A stretch of 64,000 nt of DNA from Dehalococcoidia bacterium. GTDB taxonomy: Bacteria > Chloroflexota > Dehalococcoidia > UBA2979. Shown here piece after piece: positions 9,488-19,194 of the stretch. Positions within the stretch are counted from its first letter, which is position 1. Each line of letters starts with the position of its first letter. The notes under the pieces were generated by a model that saw only the letters and a list, made by a program, of their open reading frames with translations, ran no database searches and was not told where the DNA came from. Both the position numbers and the translations under genes were made by a program. The DNA lies in assembly GCA_965219085.1 (NCBI GenBank), contig OZ244720.1, positions 1,995,429 through 2,059,428 on the forward strand, given 5' to 3'.

Positions 9488-9799
9488 GCGGTGGACTCGC
9501 GAAGGGGGTCCGGTCACGACGCCGGCGCCACGATCTTCACGGCTGCGCAGAACCTCACGGCGTTCGAGGCCGGCGACGACTTCACGAGCCTGCAGTTCGT
9601 GGCCGACCAGATCGTCCCGTTCCTGATCGATGCCGAGTTCATCGAGGCGGAGCCGGATCTGTCGGGGCTCTTCGATCCGTCGTTCGTCGAGACCTACGTG
9701 TCGGCGAACTAACGGGTCTCGCAGGAAGTGGCTAAACCCGAATACACCGATCGAGGCTTGAGGGGGCGGGATGCCGGTATGCCGGAGAGTTCGGCAGGT

Positions 9800-11350
9800 G
9801 TGTCGGTGTTCGCCGGGCGGTGCCGGAGCGAGCAGGCGCAGCTCGGGGGCGCTGAGGGCGCGGGCGCAAGGCGTGCGCGGGCATGCTGGCGCGAGCCTCG
9901 GAGGGGGGCCGGCGCTGTGAGCGGTCGTCAGGCCGGGAGCGGTAACGCCCGTAGTCGCGCGAGCGCGGCTGCCAGCTGCCCGGCCCAGGGCCAGCGCCTG
10001 GGGAGGTGCAGGGTCCAGCGCCGGGCCGAGTGGGTGAGCCGTCCGGCGAGGGCGAAATAGCGCCGCCTGAGCGTCCTGGTGGTGACGATTCCCTCGCCGA
10101 GCCCGAGCCGTGCCGTCCAGCGGGCGAGGTTGTGCGCGATCACCTGCACCGCGAGCCATGCCGCGTTCGCGGCGAAGCGGCCCGAGGGGAGATGGTTGAG
10201 CCCGACGCCGTACTTGAGATCGCGGATCGCGTTCTCGATCTCGGCGTGGCGACGATGGTCGGTCTCGAGCTCCATCATCTCCCCCGAGCGGTCGGTGATG
10301 AAGGCGTGGTAGCTGTACGTCGCGAAGAGCGCCAGCTGTGAGCCGGGCGCCGGCTTCACGCGCCGCACGATGAGCCGCACCGCGCTGGCGTCCCTCGTGT
10401 GCCGGAACGGGGTGTAGGTCGTCTCGGCGACATCGGCGCCGCCCGGCAGCCAGTACGGGATCGGCGTCCAGTCCTCTTGCGGTATCGCCTCGATCAGCCT
10501 ACGCACGCTCGGCTGCTGGCGGATCGTGACCGAGAAGCGGACATCCTGCTTGCGGCAGACGGCGACGACCGCGTGGTTGTAGAAGCCGCTGTCGGCGCGC
10601 ACCGTGAGCTGCCCGCTCGCCCCGGCGTCGCGGACCCGCGCCACCGTCTCACGCAGGAAGTGTGCGGCGCCGCGGGCGGTGTTGGCGCGGCCCTCGCGCA
10701 GCCGCGCCATCAGCACGTCACCCGTCCCGGCCGCAACGGCGAGCAGCGGGTGGTAGCCGCGCGCGCCCGTGTAGCCGTGGTGCCGGGCGCCCTCCTTCGC
10801 CAAGCCGTAGGTCTCGCAGATCGTCGAGTCGAGGTCGATCGTGAACGGCGCGTCGCCGGGTCCCGCCCCGGCCGCCCAGCCGCGAGCGAGCAACTCGCGG
10901 CTGACGCGGTCGAGCTGGCGGACGTGGCCCCAGCGGAAGCTGCGCAGGAACGTGCCCAGGGTGGACGGCGCCTTGACCGTGCAAGCCAGCACGCTCGCCG
11001 TCCCGCCGGCGCGCAACGCATCGGCGTCGTCGATGCAGTCACCGCCCGCGAGCGCCGAGGCGATGAGGGTCAGCAGCTTGTCGCCGGCGTTCGCCCGGCC
11101 CGGCGCGTCACCGAGGTCGACGCAGCTGTCGGCGAGCTCTTGCAGACCGAGATGCTGGGCGAGCGTGGCCGGGAGCAGCAGGCCCGCGTGGTCCACGAGG
11201 CGGTCGTCATCGAAGGCGATGTCTATCCGGTCGGGGTCGCTCGTTGGTAGCATCGAATGGGTGCTCCCTGTGGCTGTGACGTGATTCGGCAAAACCCATT
11301 GTCCCAGCTACAGCGGAGCACCCAACCGCAGCCCCTAGCGCGCTCTTCTT
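9800..11350 (-). mobile_element. second insertion sequence, IS1380/IS4-like (boundaries approximate)
   Basis: Contains a single 454-aa DDE transposase ORF between the binding-protein remnant and the permease gene; ends and target duplication could not be fixed by eye. Confidence 0.55.
9928..11292 (-). CDS. DDE transposase, IS1380-family-like
   Basis: 454 aa; size and organisation typical of IS1380/IS4-type transposases (..TIDLDSTICETYG.., ..HPLLAVAAGTGDVL..). Confidence 0.7.
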   Translation of the reverse strand: MPNHVTATGSTHSMLPTSDPDRIDIAFDDDRLVDHAGLLLPATLAQHLGLQELADSCVDLGDAPGRANAGDKLLTLIASALAGGDCIDDADALRAGGTASVLACTVKAPSTLGTFLRSFRWGHVRQLDRVSRELLARGWAAGAGPGDAPFTIDLDSTICETYGLAKEGARHHGYTGARGYHPLLAVAAGTGDVLMARLREGRANTARGAAHFLRETVARVRDAGASGQLTVRADSGFYNHAVVAVCRKQDVRFSVTIRQQPSVRRLIEAIPQEDWTPIPYWLPGGADVAETTYTPFRHTRDASAVRLIVRRVKPAPGSQLALFATYSYHAFITDRSGEMMELETDHRRHAEIENAIRDLKYGVGLNHLPSGRFAANAAWLAVQVIAHNLARWTARLGLGEGIVTTRTLRRRYFALAGRLTHSARRWTLHLPRRWPWAGQLAAALARLRALPLPA

Positions 11351-11478
11351 CGGTGGATCAGGGCTAAAGCAGGCAAGGGGGCGGCCATGCGCGACAGCAC
11401 CGGCGCGCCCCAGGCGGAGTTGCCGCCCGTCGCCTGTGGACCACGCCGCCACGGGCCGGCACGCCCGGCGGCCGGCTC

Positions 11479-12267
11479 ATGGTCGGCCGCCGGCCGAGCT
11501 GGTTCTGGCGCATCCGCGAGGACATCTCGCCCACGCTCCGGATCGCGCTCGCATCGGCCTCGGTGACGGCGCCGCTGGCGGTCTGGATCATCCTCGTCGC
11601 GAACCACGCGGTGAACCCGATCTTCCTGCCGAATCCGCTCGACGTGCTGGGCTCGCTGCGAGACCTGTTTACCGAGGGGCTGCCGCTCTCGGACGCTCGA
11701 GCCAGCCTCCAGCGCGTCGCGATCGGCTTCGGGATCTCGCTGCCACTCGGCCTCGCGATGGGGACGTTCAAGAGCATGGAGGCGCTGTTCGAGCCGGTGA
11801 TCGGCCTGTTGCGCTACATGCCCGCGCCGGCATTCGTGCCGCTGCTCATCATCTGGTTCGGCTTCGCCGAGACGCCGAAGGTCGCGCTGATCCTCATCGG
11901 CACGATGTTCTTCAACACCCTGATGATCGCGAACGTCGTCTGGCAGGTACCGACCGATCTGATCCGGGTGGCGCTGACGCTGGGCGCGAGCAACGTGGCG
12001 GTCTTCACGAAGGTGATCTTCCCGCACAGCGTGCCCGGTGCGATCGATGCGGCGCGTGTGAACCTCGCCGCGGCGTGGAACCTGATCGTCGTGGCCGAGC
12101 TCTTCGCCGCCGACGAAGGCCTCGGTTACCGCATCGTCCGCTCCCAGAAGTTCCTGCACATCGACACCATCTTCGCGGTGCTGATCGTGATCGGGATTCT
12201 CGGCCTCACCAGCGATCTGCTGCTTCGCACCGCGCGCAACCGCCTCGCGCCGTGGTCACAGGAGTAG
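11479..12267 (+). CDS. ABC transporter permease, NitT/TauT family (SsuC-like)
   Basis: 262 aa, six transmembrane segments, EAA-like loop (..GASNVAVFTKVIFPHSVPG..). Confidence 0.85.
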   Translation: MVGRRPSWFWRIREDISPTLRIALASASVTAPLAVWIILVANHAVNPIFLPNPLDVLGSLRDLFTEGLPLSDARASLQRVAIGFGISLPLGLAMGTFKSMEALFEPVIGLLRYMPAPAFVPLLIIWFGFAETPKVALILIGTMFFNTLMIANVVWQVPTDLIRVALTLGASNVAVFTKVIFPHSVPGAIDAARVNLAAAWNLIVVAELFAADEGLGYRIVRSQKFLHIDTIFAVLIVIGILGLTSDLLLRTARNRLAPWSQE

Positions 12268-12273
12268 ACGGCC

Positions 12274-13056
12274 ATGGTCGCTCGGCACACAGCGTTGCAG
12301 ACCCGAGGGCTCACCAAGCCGTTCCCCGGCCGCGGCGGCGAATCGACCGTCGCGCTCGAGGACATCGACCTCCACGTGGAACGGGGCGAGTTCGTATGCC
12401 TCGACGGCGCCTCCGGCTGCGGCAAGTCCACGCTGCTGAATATCATCGCCGGTCTGATTGAGCCCTCCGAGGGCGAGGCGCTGCTCGATGGCCTGCCGAT
12501 TGGCGGACCCAGCCCGAACCGCGGGCTGGTCTCGCAGGGCTACTCGCTGCTTCCCTGGCGGACCGTCGCCAAGAACGTCGCGTTCGGCCTCGAGCTCTCG
12601 GGCTGGAGCAAGGCGGAGCGAGCGGAGCGCGTCGACTACCTCCTTGGGGTCATGCAACTCACGAAATGGGCCGACTCCCGGCCCAGCGCGCTCTCGGGCG
12701 GGATGCGGCAGCGTGTCGCCATCGCGCGTTCGCTCGCCCCCCAACCCGAGGTGCTGCTGCTGGACGAGCCGTTCGGCGCGCTGGACGCGCACACGCGGAT
12801 GCTGATGCAGGAGTTCCTGCCGGACATCTGGCGCGAGACCGGCACCACCGTGCTGATGGTCACGCACGATGTCGAAGAGGCATTGTTCCTCGCGCAGCGG
12901 ATCTACGTGCTGTCCTCGCACCCCGGTCGCGTGAAGCGCGAGATCGTGCTGCCCTTCGGCGATAACCGTTCGCAGCAGTTGCGACGGCAAGAGGACTTCC
13001 TGGACCTGCGCGACGAGGTGCATGCGTTGCTCTTCGCCGAGGTCTCCGAGGTCTAG
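12274..13056 (+). CDS. ABC transporter ATP-binding protein, NitT/TauT family (SsuB/TauB-like)
   Basis: Walker A GASGCGKST, signature LSGGMRQRVAIARSL, Walker B LLLDEPFGALD. Confidence 0.9.
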   Translation: MVARHTALQTRGLTKPFPGRGGESTVALEDIDLHVERGEFVCLDGASGCGKSTLLNIIAGLIEPSEGEALLDGLPIGGPSPNRGLVSQGYSLLPWRTVAKNVAFGLELSGWSKAERAERVDYLLGVMQLTKWADSRPSALSGGMRQRVAIARSLAPQPEVLLLDEPFGALDAHTRMLMQEFLPDIWRETGTTVLMVTHDVEEALFLAQRIYVLSSHPGRVKREIVLPFGDNRSQQLRRQEDFLDLRDEVHALLFAEVSEV

Positions 13057-13138
13057 GCGTCATGCCCGGTATCGAACCCCGCTGAAAGGACCCTCGTGAC
13101 CCAGCCGCCGTTCCCACTCGCACGAATACCGCGGTGAA

Positions 13139-14251
13139 GTGCCGCTCCACGACCATTACGGCCCCGAGGCGCGCTACGCTGCCGAGGCCGAGGCGCTGAT
13201 TCCGCAGACCGCCTGCGAGCGCGAGATCGCGTGCGGCCTCGAGCTCGGCCCGCAGGGCGCCGGCTCGATCGTCGATCGGTCGATCCCGACGTTCAGCCGC
13301 GGCGAGCTGCCCCACTTCGCGGGTATCAACACCTTCCTCAAGGCCCCCTACCGCGAGGATGTGCGCGAGTGCCGCGCGTACGACGTATCGATCCTCGGCG
13401 CCCCGTACGACGGCGGCGCCACGTACCGCCCGGGCACGCGTTTCGGCCCCCAGGGTATCCGCAAGATCTCCGCGCTCTACGGTCCGTACTCGTTCGAACT
13501 CGGCGTCGACCTGCGCGAGTCGATCACGATCTGCGACGTCGGCGACATCTTCACCATCCCGGCGAACATCGAGAAGACGTTCGACCAGATCAGCAAGGCC
13601 GTCGGTCACGTCTACGCGAGCGGCTCCTTCCCGATCGTGCCCGGCGGCGATCACTCGATCGGCTACCCGACGGTGCGCGCCGTCGCGGAGCACCTCGACG
13701 GCGGCAACCTCGGGATCATCCACTTCGACCGCCACGTTGACACGCAGGAGACCGACCTCGACGAGCGGATGCACACCACACCCTGGTTCCAGGCGACGGA
13801 CATCCCGAACGTGCCGGCGAAGAACCTCGTCCAGATCGGCATCGGCGGCTGGCAGGCGCCGCGCCCCGGCGTGAAGGTCGGCCGCGAGCGCGGCACGACG
13901 ATCATGACCGTCACCGACTGCGTCGAGATGGGCATCGAGGACGCCGCCGCGCGCGCCCTTGAGGTGGCATGGGACGGCGCCGACGCCGTCTGGCTCTCCT
14001 TCGATGTCGACTGCCTGGACGCGGCCTTCGTGCCCGGCACGGGCTGGCCCGAGCCGGGAGGCTTCCTGCCTCGCGAGGTGCTGAAGTTCATCCAGCTGAT
14101 CTCGGAGCGCCCGCTCGCCGGGATGGAGGTTGTGGAGTGCTCGCCCCCCTACGACACCGCCGAGATCACCGCACTGATCGCCACGCGCGTGATCTGCGAC
14201 ACGCTGGGCCGCCAGGTGCGCGCGGGGCACCTGCCGCGGCGGGGGGCGTAG
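13139..14251 (+). CDS. arginase/agmatinase-family ureohydrolase with an N-terminal extension of about 60 aa (candidate guanidine hydrolase; alternatively agmatinase or guanidinobutyrase)
   Basis: 370 aa; Mn/Ni-binding motifs [15 protein letters not shown] and SFDVDCLD; GTG start; lies directly between the NitT/TauT transporter genes and ureA. Confidence 0.75.
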   Translation: MPLHDHYGPEARYAAEAEALIPQTACEREIACGLELGPQGAGSIVDRSIPTFSRGELPHFAGINTFLKAPYREDVRECRAYDVSILGAPYDGGATYRPGTRFGPQGIRKISALYGPYSFELGVDLRESITICDVGDIFTIPANIEKTFDQISKAVGHVYASGSFPIVPGGDHSIGYPTVRAVAEHLDGGNLGIIHFDRHVDTQETDLDERMHTTPWFQATDIPNVPAKNLVQIGIGGWQAPRPGVKVGRERGTTIMTVTDCVEMGIEDAAARALEVAWDGADAVWLSFDVDCLDAAFVPGTGWPEPGGFLPREVLKFIQLISERPLAGMEVVECSPPYDTAEITALIATRVICDTLGRQVRAGHLPRRGA

Positions 14252-14255
14252 CGCC

Positions 14256-14556
14256 ATGCGACTGACACCTCGCGAGCAGGATGCGCTGATGATCTACGTC
14301 GCCGCCGACCTCGCCCGGAAGCGGCGCGCGCGGCCTGCGCCTCAACTACCCCGAGTCCGTGGCGCTGATCAGCGAGGCCATGATGGAGGCCGCACGCGAC
14401 GGCACGGCGGTCACCGAGGCCGCCGTGCGGGGCGCCCAGGTGCTCGGCATCGAGGACGTGATGGAAGGCATCCCCGAGATGGTCACCCTCGTACAGGTGG
14501 AGGCGACGTTCCCGGACGGAACGAAGCTCGTCTCCTGCCACGATCCGATCCGCTGA
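14256..14556 (+). pseudogene. ureA: urease gamma subunit (ureA) with a 1-bp frameshift
   Basis: [25 protein letters not shown] then frame switch to [43 protein letters not shown]; the indel lies near 14335 in GCGGCGCGCGCGG. Confidence 0.75.
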
Positions 14557-14936
14557 TGGCGGACCACGCACGCTACCTCGTCGAGGACGGCGACCTCGAG
14601 ATCAACGCCGGACGCCCGACGGTCACGCTGGCGGTCGCGAACTCCGGCGACCGCCCGATCCAGGTGGGATCGCACGCGCACTTCTTCGAGGTGAACCGCG
14701 CACTCCGCCTCGACCGCGCCGCCGCATTCGGGATGCGACTCGACATTCCCGCCGGCACGGCGGTTCGGTTCGAGCCGGGTCAGCAGCAGACCGTCACGCT
14801 CGTCGCCTTCGGCGGCGCACGACGGGCGCACGGCATGAACGCGCTTGTCGAAGGCTCCACCGACAGCGCCGACGTGCGCGCCGCCGCGCTCGCCCGCCTC
14901 GAGGAGCGCGGATTCAGCTCGGAGGCCCCGCGATGA
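14555..14936 (+). CDS. ureB: urease beta subunit
   Basis: ATG overlaps the ureA stop (TGATG); [54 protein letters not shown].. Confidence 0.85.
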
Positions 14937-16650
14937 GCCGCATCTCCCGCGAGCGCTACGCCGCGCTCTACGGCCCCACGACCGGCGACCGCTTCCGCCC
15001 CGCCGACACGCAGCTGATCTGGCGCGTCGAGCATGACCACGCCGTACTCGGCGAGGAGGCCGTGTTCGGCGGGGGCAAGACGATCCGCGATGGCATGGCG
15101 CAGGCGCCACGCATGACCGCCGCGGGCGGCAGTCCCGACCTCGTGATCACGAGTGCGCTGATCCTCGATCCCGTGCTCGGCGTGATCAAGGGCGACATCG
15201 TCGTCAAGGATGGGCGGATCGCGGCCATCGGCAAGGCCGGAAAACCCCGACATCATGGACGGCGTCGACCCCGCGCTCGTGATCGGGCCGGGTACCGAGG
15301 TCATCGCCGGCGAGCACATGATCGCGACGCCCGGCGGCGTCGACAGCCACATCCACATGATCGCGCCGCAGCAGGCGTGGGCCGCCCTCTCGAACGGCAT
15401 CACGACGATGCTCGGCGGCGCCGCCGGCCCCGCCGACGGCACGCGCGCCACCACCACCACGCCCGGCCCGTGGAACATCGCGCGCATGCTCGAGGCCGCC
15501 GAGACCATGCCCGTGAACTGGGGCCTCTTCGCGAAGGCGAACGCCTCGGACGTGGCGGCGATCGCCGAGCAGGTCGCGGCCTGCGCGCTCAAGGTCCACG
15601 AGGACTGGGGCTCGTCCCCCGCCGTGATCGACGCCGCGCTCCGCGCCGCGGATGAGTACGACGTGCAGCTGGCGATCCACACCGACACCCTCAACGAGAG
15701 GGGCTTCGTCGAGGACACCATCGCCGCGATCGCGGGCCGCACGATCCACACGTTCCACACCGAGGGCGCGGGCGGCGGTCACGCTCCGGACATCCTCCGC
15801 CTCGCCGGCGAGCCGAACGTGCTCCCTTTGAGCACCAACCCGACTCGCCCCTACACGGTGAACACGCTGGCCGAGCACATGGACATGCTCATGGTCTGCC
15901 ATCACCTCAACCCGCAGGTCCCCGAGGACGTCGCCTTCGCCGACAGCCGCATCCGCCCCGAGACGATGGCCGCCGAGGATGTCGTCCACGACGTGGGCGT
16001 ACTGAGCATGTACTCGTCGGACTCGCAGGCGATGGGCCGCGCCGGCGAGAACTTCACGCGCCTGATCCAGACCGCCGACAAGATGAAGCAGGTGCGCGGC
16101 CCGCTGCCCGAGGACGCCGCGGGCGACGACAACGCCCGCGTCCTCCGCTACATCGCCAAGCTCACCATCAACCCCGCCCGCACCCACGGCATCGCGCACG
16201 AGGTTGGCAGCCTCGAGACCGGCAAGCTCGCCGACATCGTGCTGTGGCCGACGCAGTTCTTCGGTGCGAAGCCCGCGCTCGTCGTCAAGGGCGGCATGAT
16301 CGCGTGGTTCGTGATGGGCGAGCCGAACGCCTCGATCCCGACGGTCGAGCCGGTCATCTACCGCCCGATGTTCGGCGCACACCCCTCCGTGATCCCGGCG
16401 ACCAGCGTCACCTTCCTCAGCTAGGCCACGCTGGATCGCGGCGTGGCCGGGGCGCTCGGCCTGCGGTGTCGCATCGCCGTCAGCAGGAACAATCGTGCGC
16501 TCACCAAGGCCGACATGCTCCGCAATGACGCCCTCCGGGCGATCGATGTCGATCCCGAGACCTACGAGGTGCGCGACGATGGCGAGGTCGTCACCTCGCC
16601 CCCCGCAGAGACCCTCGCGCTGTCCCAGCGCTACTTCCCTGGTCTAGCGA
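14933..16650 (+). pseudogene. ureC: urease alpha subunit (ureC), disrupted: +1 indel near 15236, in-frame TAG at about 16425, and an indel at the ureC/ureF junction
   Basis: N-terminus [21 protein letters not shown]..; GGAAAACCCC gives ..AGKPRHH.. instead of ..AGNPDIMDG..; conserved ..TFLSQAA.. reads TFLS*AT (TAG); C-terminus ..SQRYF then runs into ureF because of CCCT in place of CCT. Confidence 0.8.
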
Positions 16651-17353
16651 TGCCCGCCTCGACCCGCTCGCTGATCGCGCTGCTCCAACTCGCGGATTCC
16701 TCGTTCCCGATGGGCGCGTTCGCCCACTCCTACGGGCTGGAGCAGCTCGTCCGCGACGGCATGGTGCGGGACGCCGCATCGCTCGAGGCCTTCGTCGACT
16801 CGATCGTCTCGCTCCAGCTCGCGCCCGCCGAGGCCCGCGCCGCCGCCTCGGCGTGCCACGCCGCCGCGCTGGGCGGCCTCGAGACTGGTGCTCGCGATCG
16901 ACCACTGCCTCCACGTCACGCGCGCCCCTCGTGAGCTGCGCGACGCGGCGGTCGCCGCCGGCCGCCGGCTGCTCGAGGAGGTCGCCGCGCACGCCGCCGG
17001 CCGCCGCGGCCTTGTGCCCGCGTTCCGCGACGCCGTGCTCGAAGACCGCGCGCCCGGCGCCCACGCCGTCGCGCTCGGCGTGGCGGGCGCGGCCTTCGGC
17101 GTGCCGCCCGAGGACGTTGCCGCCGCCCCGCTCTTCAGCACGGCGAACGCGCTCGTGCAGGCGGCGATGCGCCTGCTCCCGATCTCGCACCGCGACGCGC
17201 AGTCCGTGCTGCACCGCGTTCGCGACGCGATCGCCGACGCCGCGCGCGCGGCCGCCGCGGACGGAACCGCTCGCGTTCACATCGTTCCACCCACTCCGGG
17301 AGATCGCGTCGATGCGCCACGCGAGCGCACCGGTCCGCTTCTTCGCGTCGTAA
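16648..17353 (+). pseudogene. ureF: urease accessory protein UreF with two frameshifts
   Basis: MPASTRSLIALLQLADSSFPMGAFAHSYGLE.. (frame 0), then ..LVLAIDHCLHVTRAPRELRD..FSTANALVQAAMRLLP.. (frame +1), then ..EPLAFTSFHPLREIASMRHASAPVRFFAS* (frame +2, TAA at 17351). Confidence 0.7.
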
Positions 17354-17371
17354 CGCAAGCAATCGGGGCAC

Positions 17372-17397
17372 GCAGCCGAGGCATGCAGCCGAGGCAT
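17372..17397 (+). repeat. perfect 13-bp tandem duplication (GCAGCCGAGGCAT x2) in the ureF-ureG junction
   Basis: Read directly from the sequence, immediately 5' of the ureG ATG. Confidence 0.85.
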
Positions 17398-17409
17398 CGA
17401 GGTCAGACC

Positions 17410-18039
17410 ATGAGCCAGCCCATCACCATCGGCGTCGGCGGCCCCGTCGGCTCCGGCACGTCGCTGCTCGTCGAGCGCATCGTCCCGCCGATGATCGAAC
17501 GTGGCTTCTCGCCGGGCGTCGTGGCCAACGACGTCGTCACCGAGGAGGACGCACTGATCATCCGCCGCGGCCTCGATGGCATCCTCGACCCGGCGCGCAT
17601 CGTCGGCGTCGCGACCGGCGCCTGTCCGCATCAGGCGGTGCGCGAGGACCCATCGCTCAATCTCGCCGCGATCGAGCGTCTCGCGGAGGAGCACCCGGAC
17701 ATCGACCTCGTGTTCATCGAGAGCGGCGGCGACAACCTCACGCTGACCTTCAGCGCGCTGCTGGCGCGGCTCTCGATCTACGTGATGGATGTCGCCGGCG
17801 GCGACAAGACCCCTCGCAAGCGGGGGGCGGGCATGATCCAGTCGGACCTGCTGGTCATCAACAAGACCGATCTCGCGCCATACGTCGGGGTCGACGTCAT
17901 GGAGCGCGACGCCGCGACGTACCGCAGCGGCCCGCTGCTGTTCACCGACTGCCGCCACGGCAGCGGTCTCGTCGAGGTCGCCGACTGGCTTGCCACTTCG
18001 ATCAGCGCGCTCGCCGCTCCGGCTGCCGCCCCGGCGTGA
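17410..18039 (+). CDS. ureG: urease accessory GTPase
   Basis: MSQPITIGVGGPVGSGTSLL (P-loop), ..ESGGDNL.., ..INKTDL..; 209 aa, intact. Confidence 0.9.
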   Translation: MSQPITIGVGGPVGSGTSLLVERIVPPMIERGFSPGVVANDVVTEEDALIIRRGLDGILDPARIVGVATGACPHQAVREDPSLNLAAIERLAEEHPDIDLVFIESGGDNLTLTFSALLARLSIYVMDVAGGDKTPRKRGAGMIQSDLLVINKTDLAPYVGVDVMERDAATYRSGPLLFTDCRHGSGLVEVADWLATSISALAAPAAAPA

Positions 18040-18049
18040 CGCGCGCCTG

Positions 18050-18843
18050 ATGCCCGTCCGCAGCCGGCTGGTCGCGCGCTTCGCTCCGTCGCCGGGTGGA
18101 GCGCCCCGCGCGGTGCGCGCCGACGTTGCGGCGACCACCCCGCTCGAGCTGCGCGGCCCCTTCCCCGCCTCGATCCCCGGTACGCCCCGCGCTACCTCTT
18201 GCTCAACGTCACCGCCGGCATCCTCGACGGCGACGACTACGCGATCGAGGTCTGCGCGGCGCCGGGCACGCGAGTCGGCGTGGAGCCCACATTCGCCGCG
18301 AAGGTGTTCCGCTCACGCGGCGGCGGCGCGGCCTTGCGCACGCGCATCGAGGTCATGCCGGGCGCGGAGCTCCGCTACGACTCGGGCCTGCTGATCCCGC
18401 ATGCGGGAGCGGTCCTCCGTCAGCAAACCGAGATCGTGCTGCACGAATCGGCGCGGGCAAGCTGGAGCGAGTCGCTGTCGTTCGGCCGCCTCTCGCACGA
18501 CGAGCGGTTCCAGTTCAAGCGGATCGAGAACGAGCTGCGAGTCGTCGATCCCGCGGGGCGTGTGCGCTACGAGCGCCGCTCCGACCTCGTCCCGCAACGC
18601 GACCGTGCCGCCCTCGAATCAGCCGTCGGCTGCTTCGGCGCGGTCGGCTCGATGGTCCTGCTGGGCAGGCAGCCCGGCGAGGAGCCCGAACTCCCCGATC
18701 TCTCCGCGCTGCCCGGCGTCTACGCCGGTGCGACGACACTTCCCGACGACCTCGGCACGATCGTCCACGTGCTCGCTGAGTGGCCCGAGCAGATCGAGGC
18801 GGTATTCAGCCTCGCGCGAGCGGCGCGGTGCGCGCAGGTATGA
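18050..18843 (+). pseudogene. ureD: urease accessory protein UreD/UreH with a 1-bp frameshift near 18190
   Basis: MPVRSRLVARFAPSPGGAPRAVRADVAATTPLELRGPFPASIPGTPR then frame switch to YLLLNVTAGILDGDDYAIEV..RIENELRVVDPAGRVRYERR.. Confidence 0.7.
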
Positions 18844-19194
18844 GCGTCGCTGCCCCTCGAGGACCGGGTAGTGACTCCATCAGGAGACGGCGCTGCGGCC
18901 GCGGGCCGAGACTCACAACTCGGACACTGGTATCCGGCCCTCTGGAACCCTTCTGGACCCGGCCGCCATCCAACACCGCCCTGCATGGGGTAGATGTCCC
19001 GCGGCAGCAGGTCTCCAGGCAGAGGATGACACCGGCGCGATTATCTCCCCGCCGCGCTTGCTTCCAGTTGCTACTGATCCAGGCGGGCGGATGCTGTTCA
19101 GCGCTGGATGAGTTGCTGAGCCGATCGGCCACGCCCCAGGCGATTTCGCTACCGAGGCTCGCGGTTCCGCCTTGGGCCGTGCGAGGATCGCCGT

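Larger units (their letters stand above)
8277..9516 (+). mobile_element. IS3-family insertion sequence (1240 bp) with about 40-bp imperfect terminal inverted repeats and a 4-bp target-site duplication (CGAC)
   Basis: Left end TGACCTGACCCCTTGAAACGGGACCACCGTTGATGAGAGTCC; reverse complement of right end TGACCGGACCCCCTTCGCGAGTCCACCGCTTATGAGAGTCC; flanking CGAC at 8273-8276 and 9517-9520; TG...CA termini. Confidence 0.9.
7658..9712 (+). pseudogene. NitT/TauT-family (SsuA/TauA-like) ABC substrate-binding lipoprotein gene, disrupted by two frameshifts and an IS3-family insertion
   Basis: RBS GGAGGAG plus ATG 7658; signal peptide with lipobox AVACGG; mature protein continues in two other frames (ORFs 7735..8049 and 8037..8279); the reading frame resumes exactly after the IS (9518..9712) once one copy of the target duplication is removed (..EYD|AGATIFTAAQN..). 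Confidence 0.8.

Noticed and set aside
12860-14257. 465-aa minus-strand ORF
   Set aside because: It is antisense to the ureohydrolase gene, with no motifs.
16591-18138. 515-aa minus-strand ORF across ureF, ureG and ureD
   Set aside because: It is antisense to recognisable urease accessory genes and Arg/Ala-rich.
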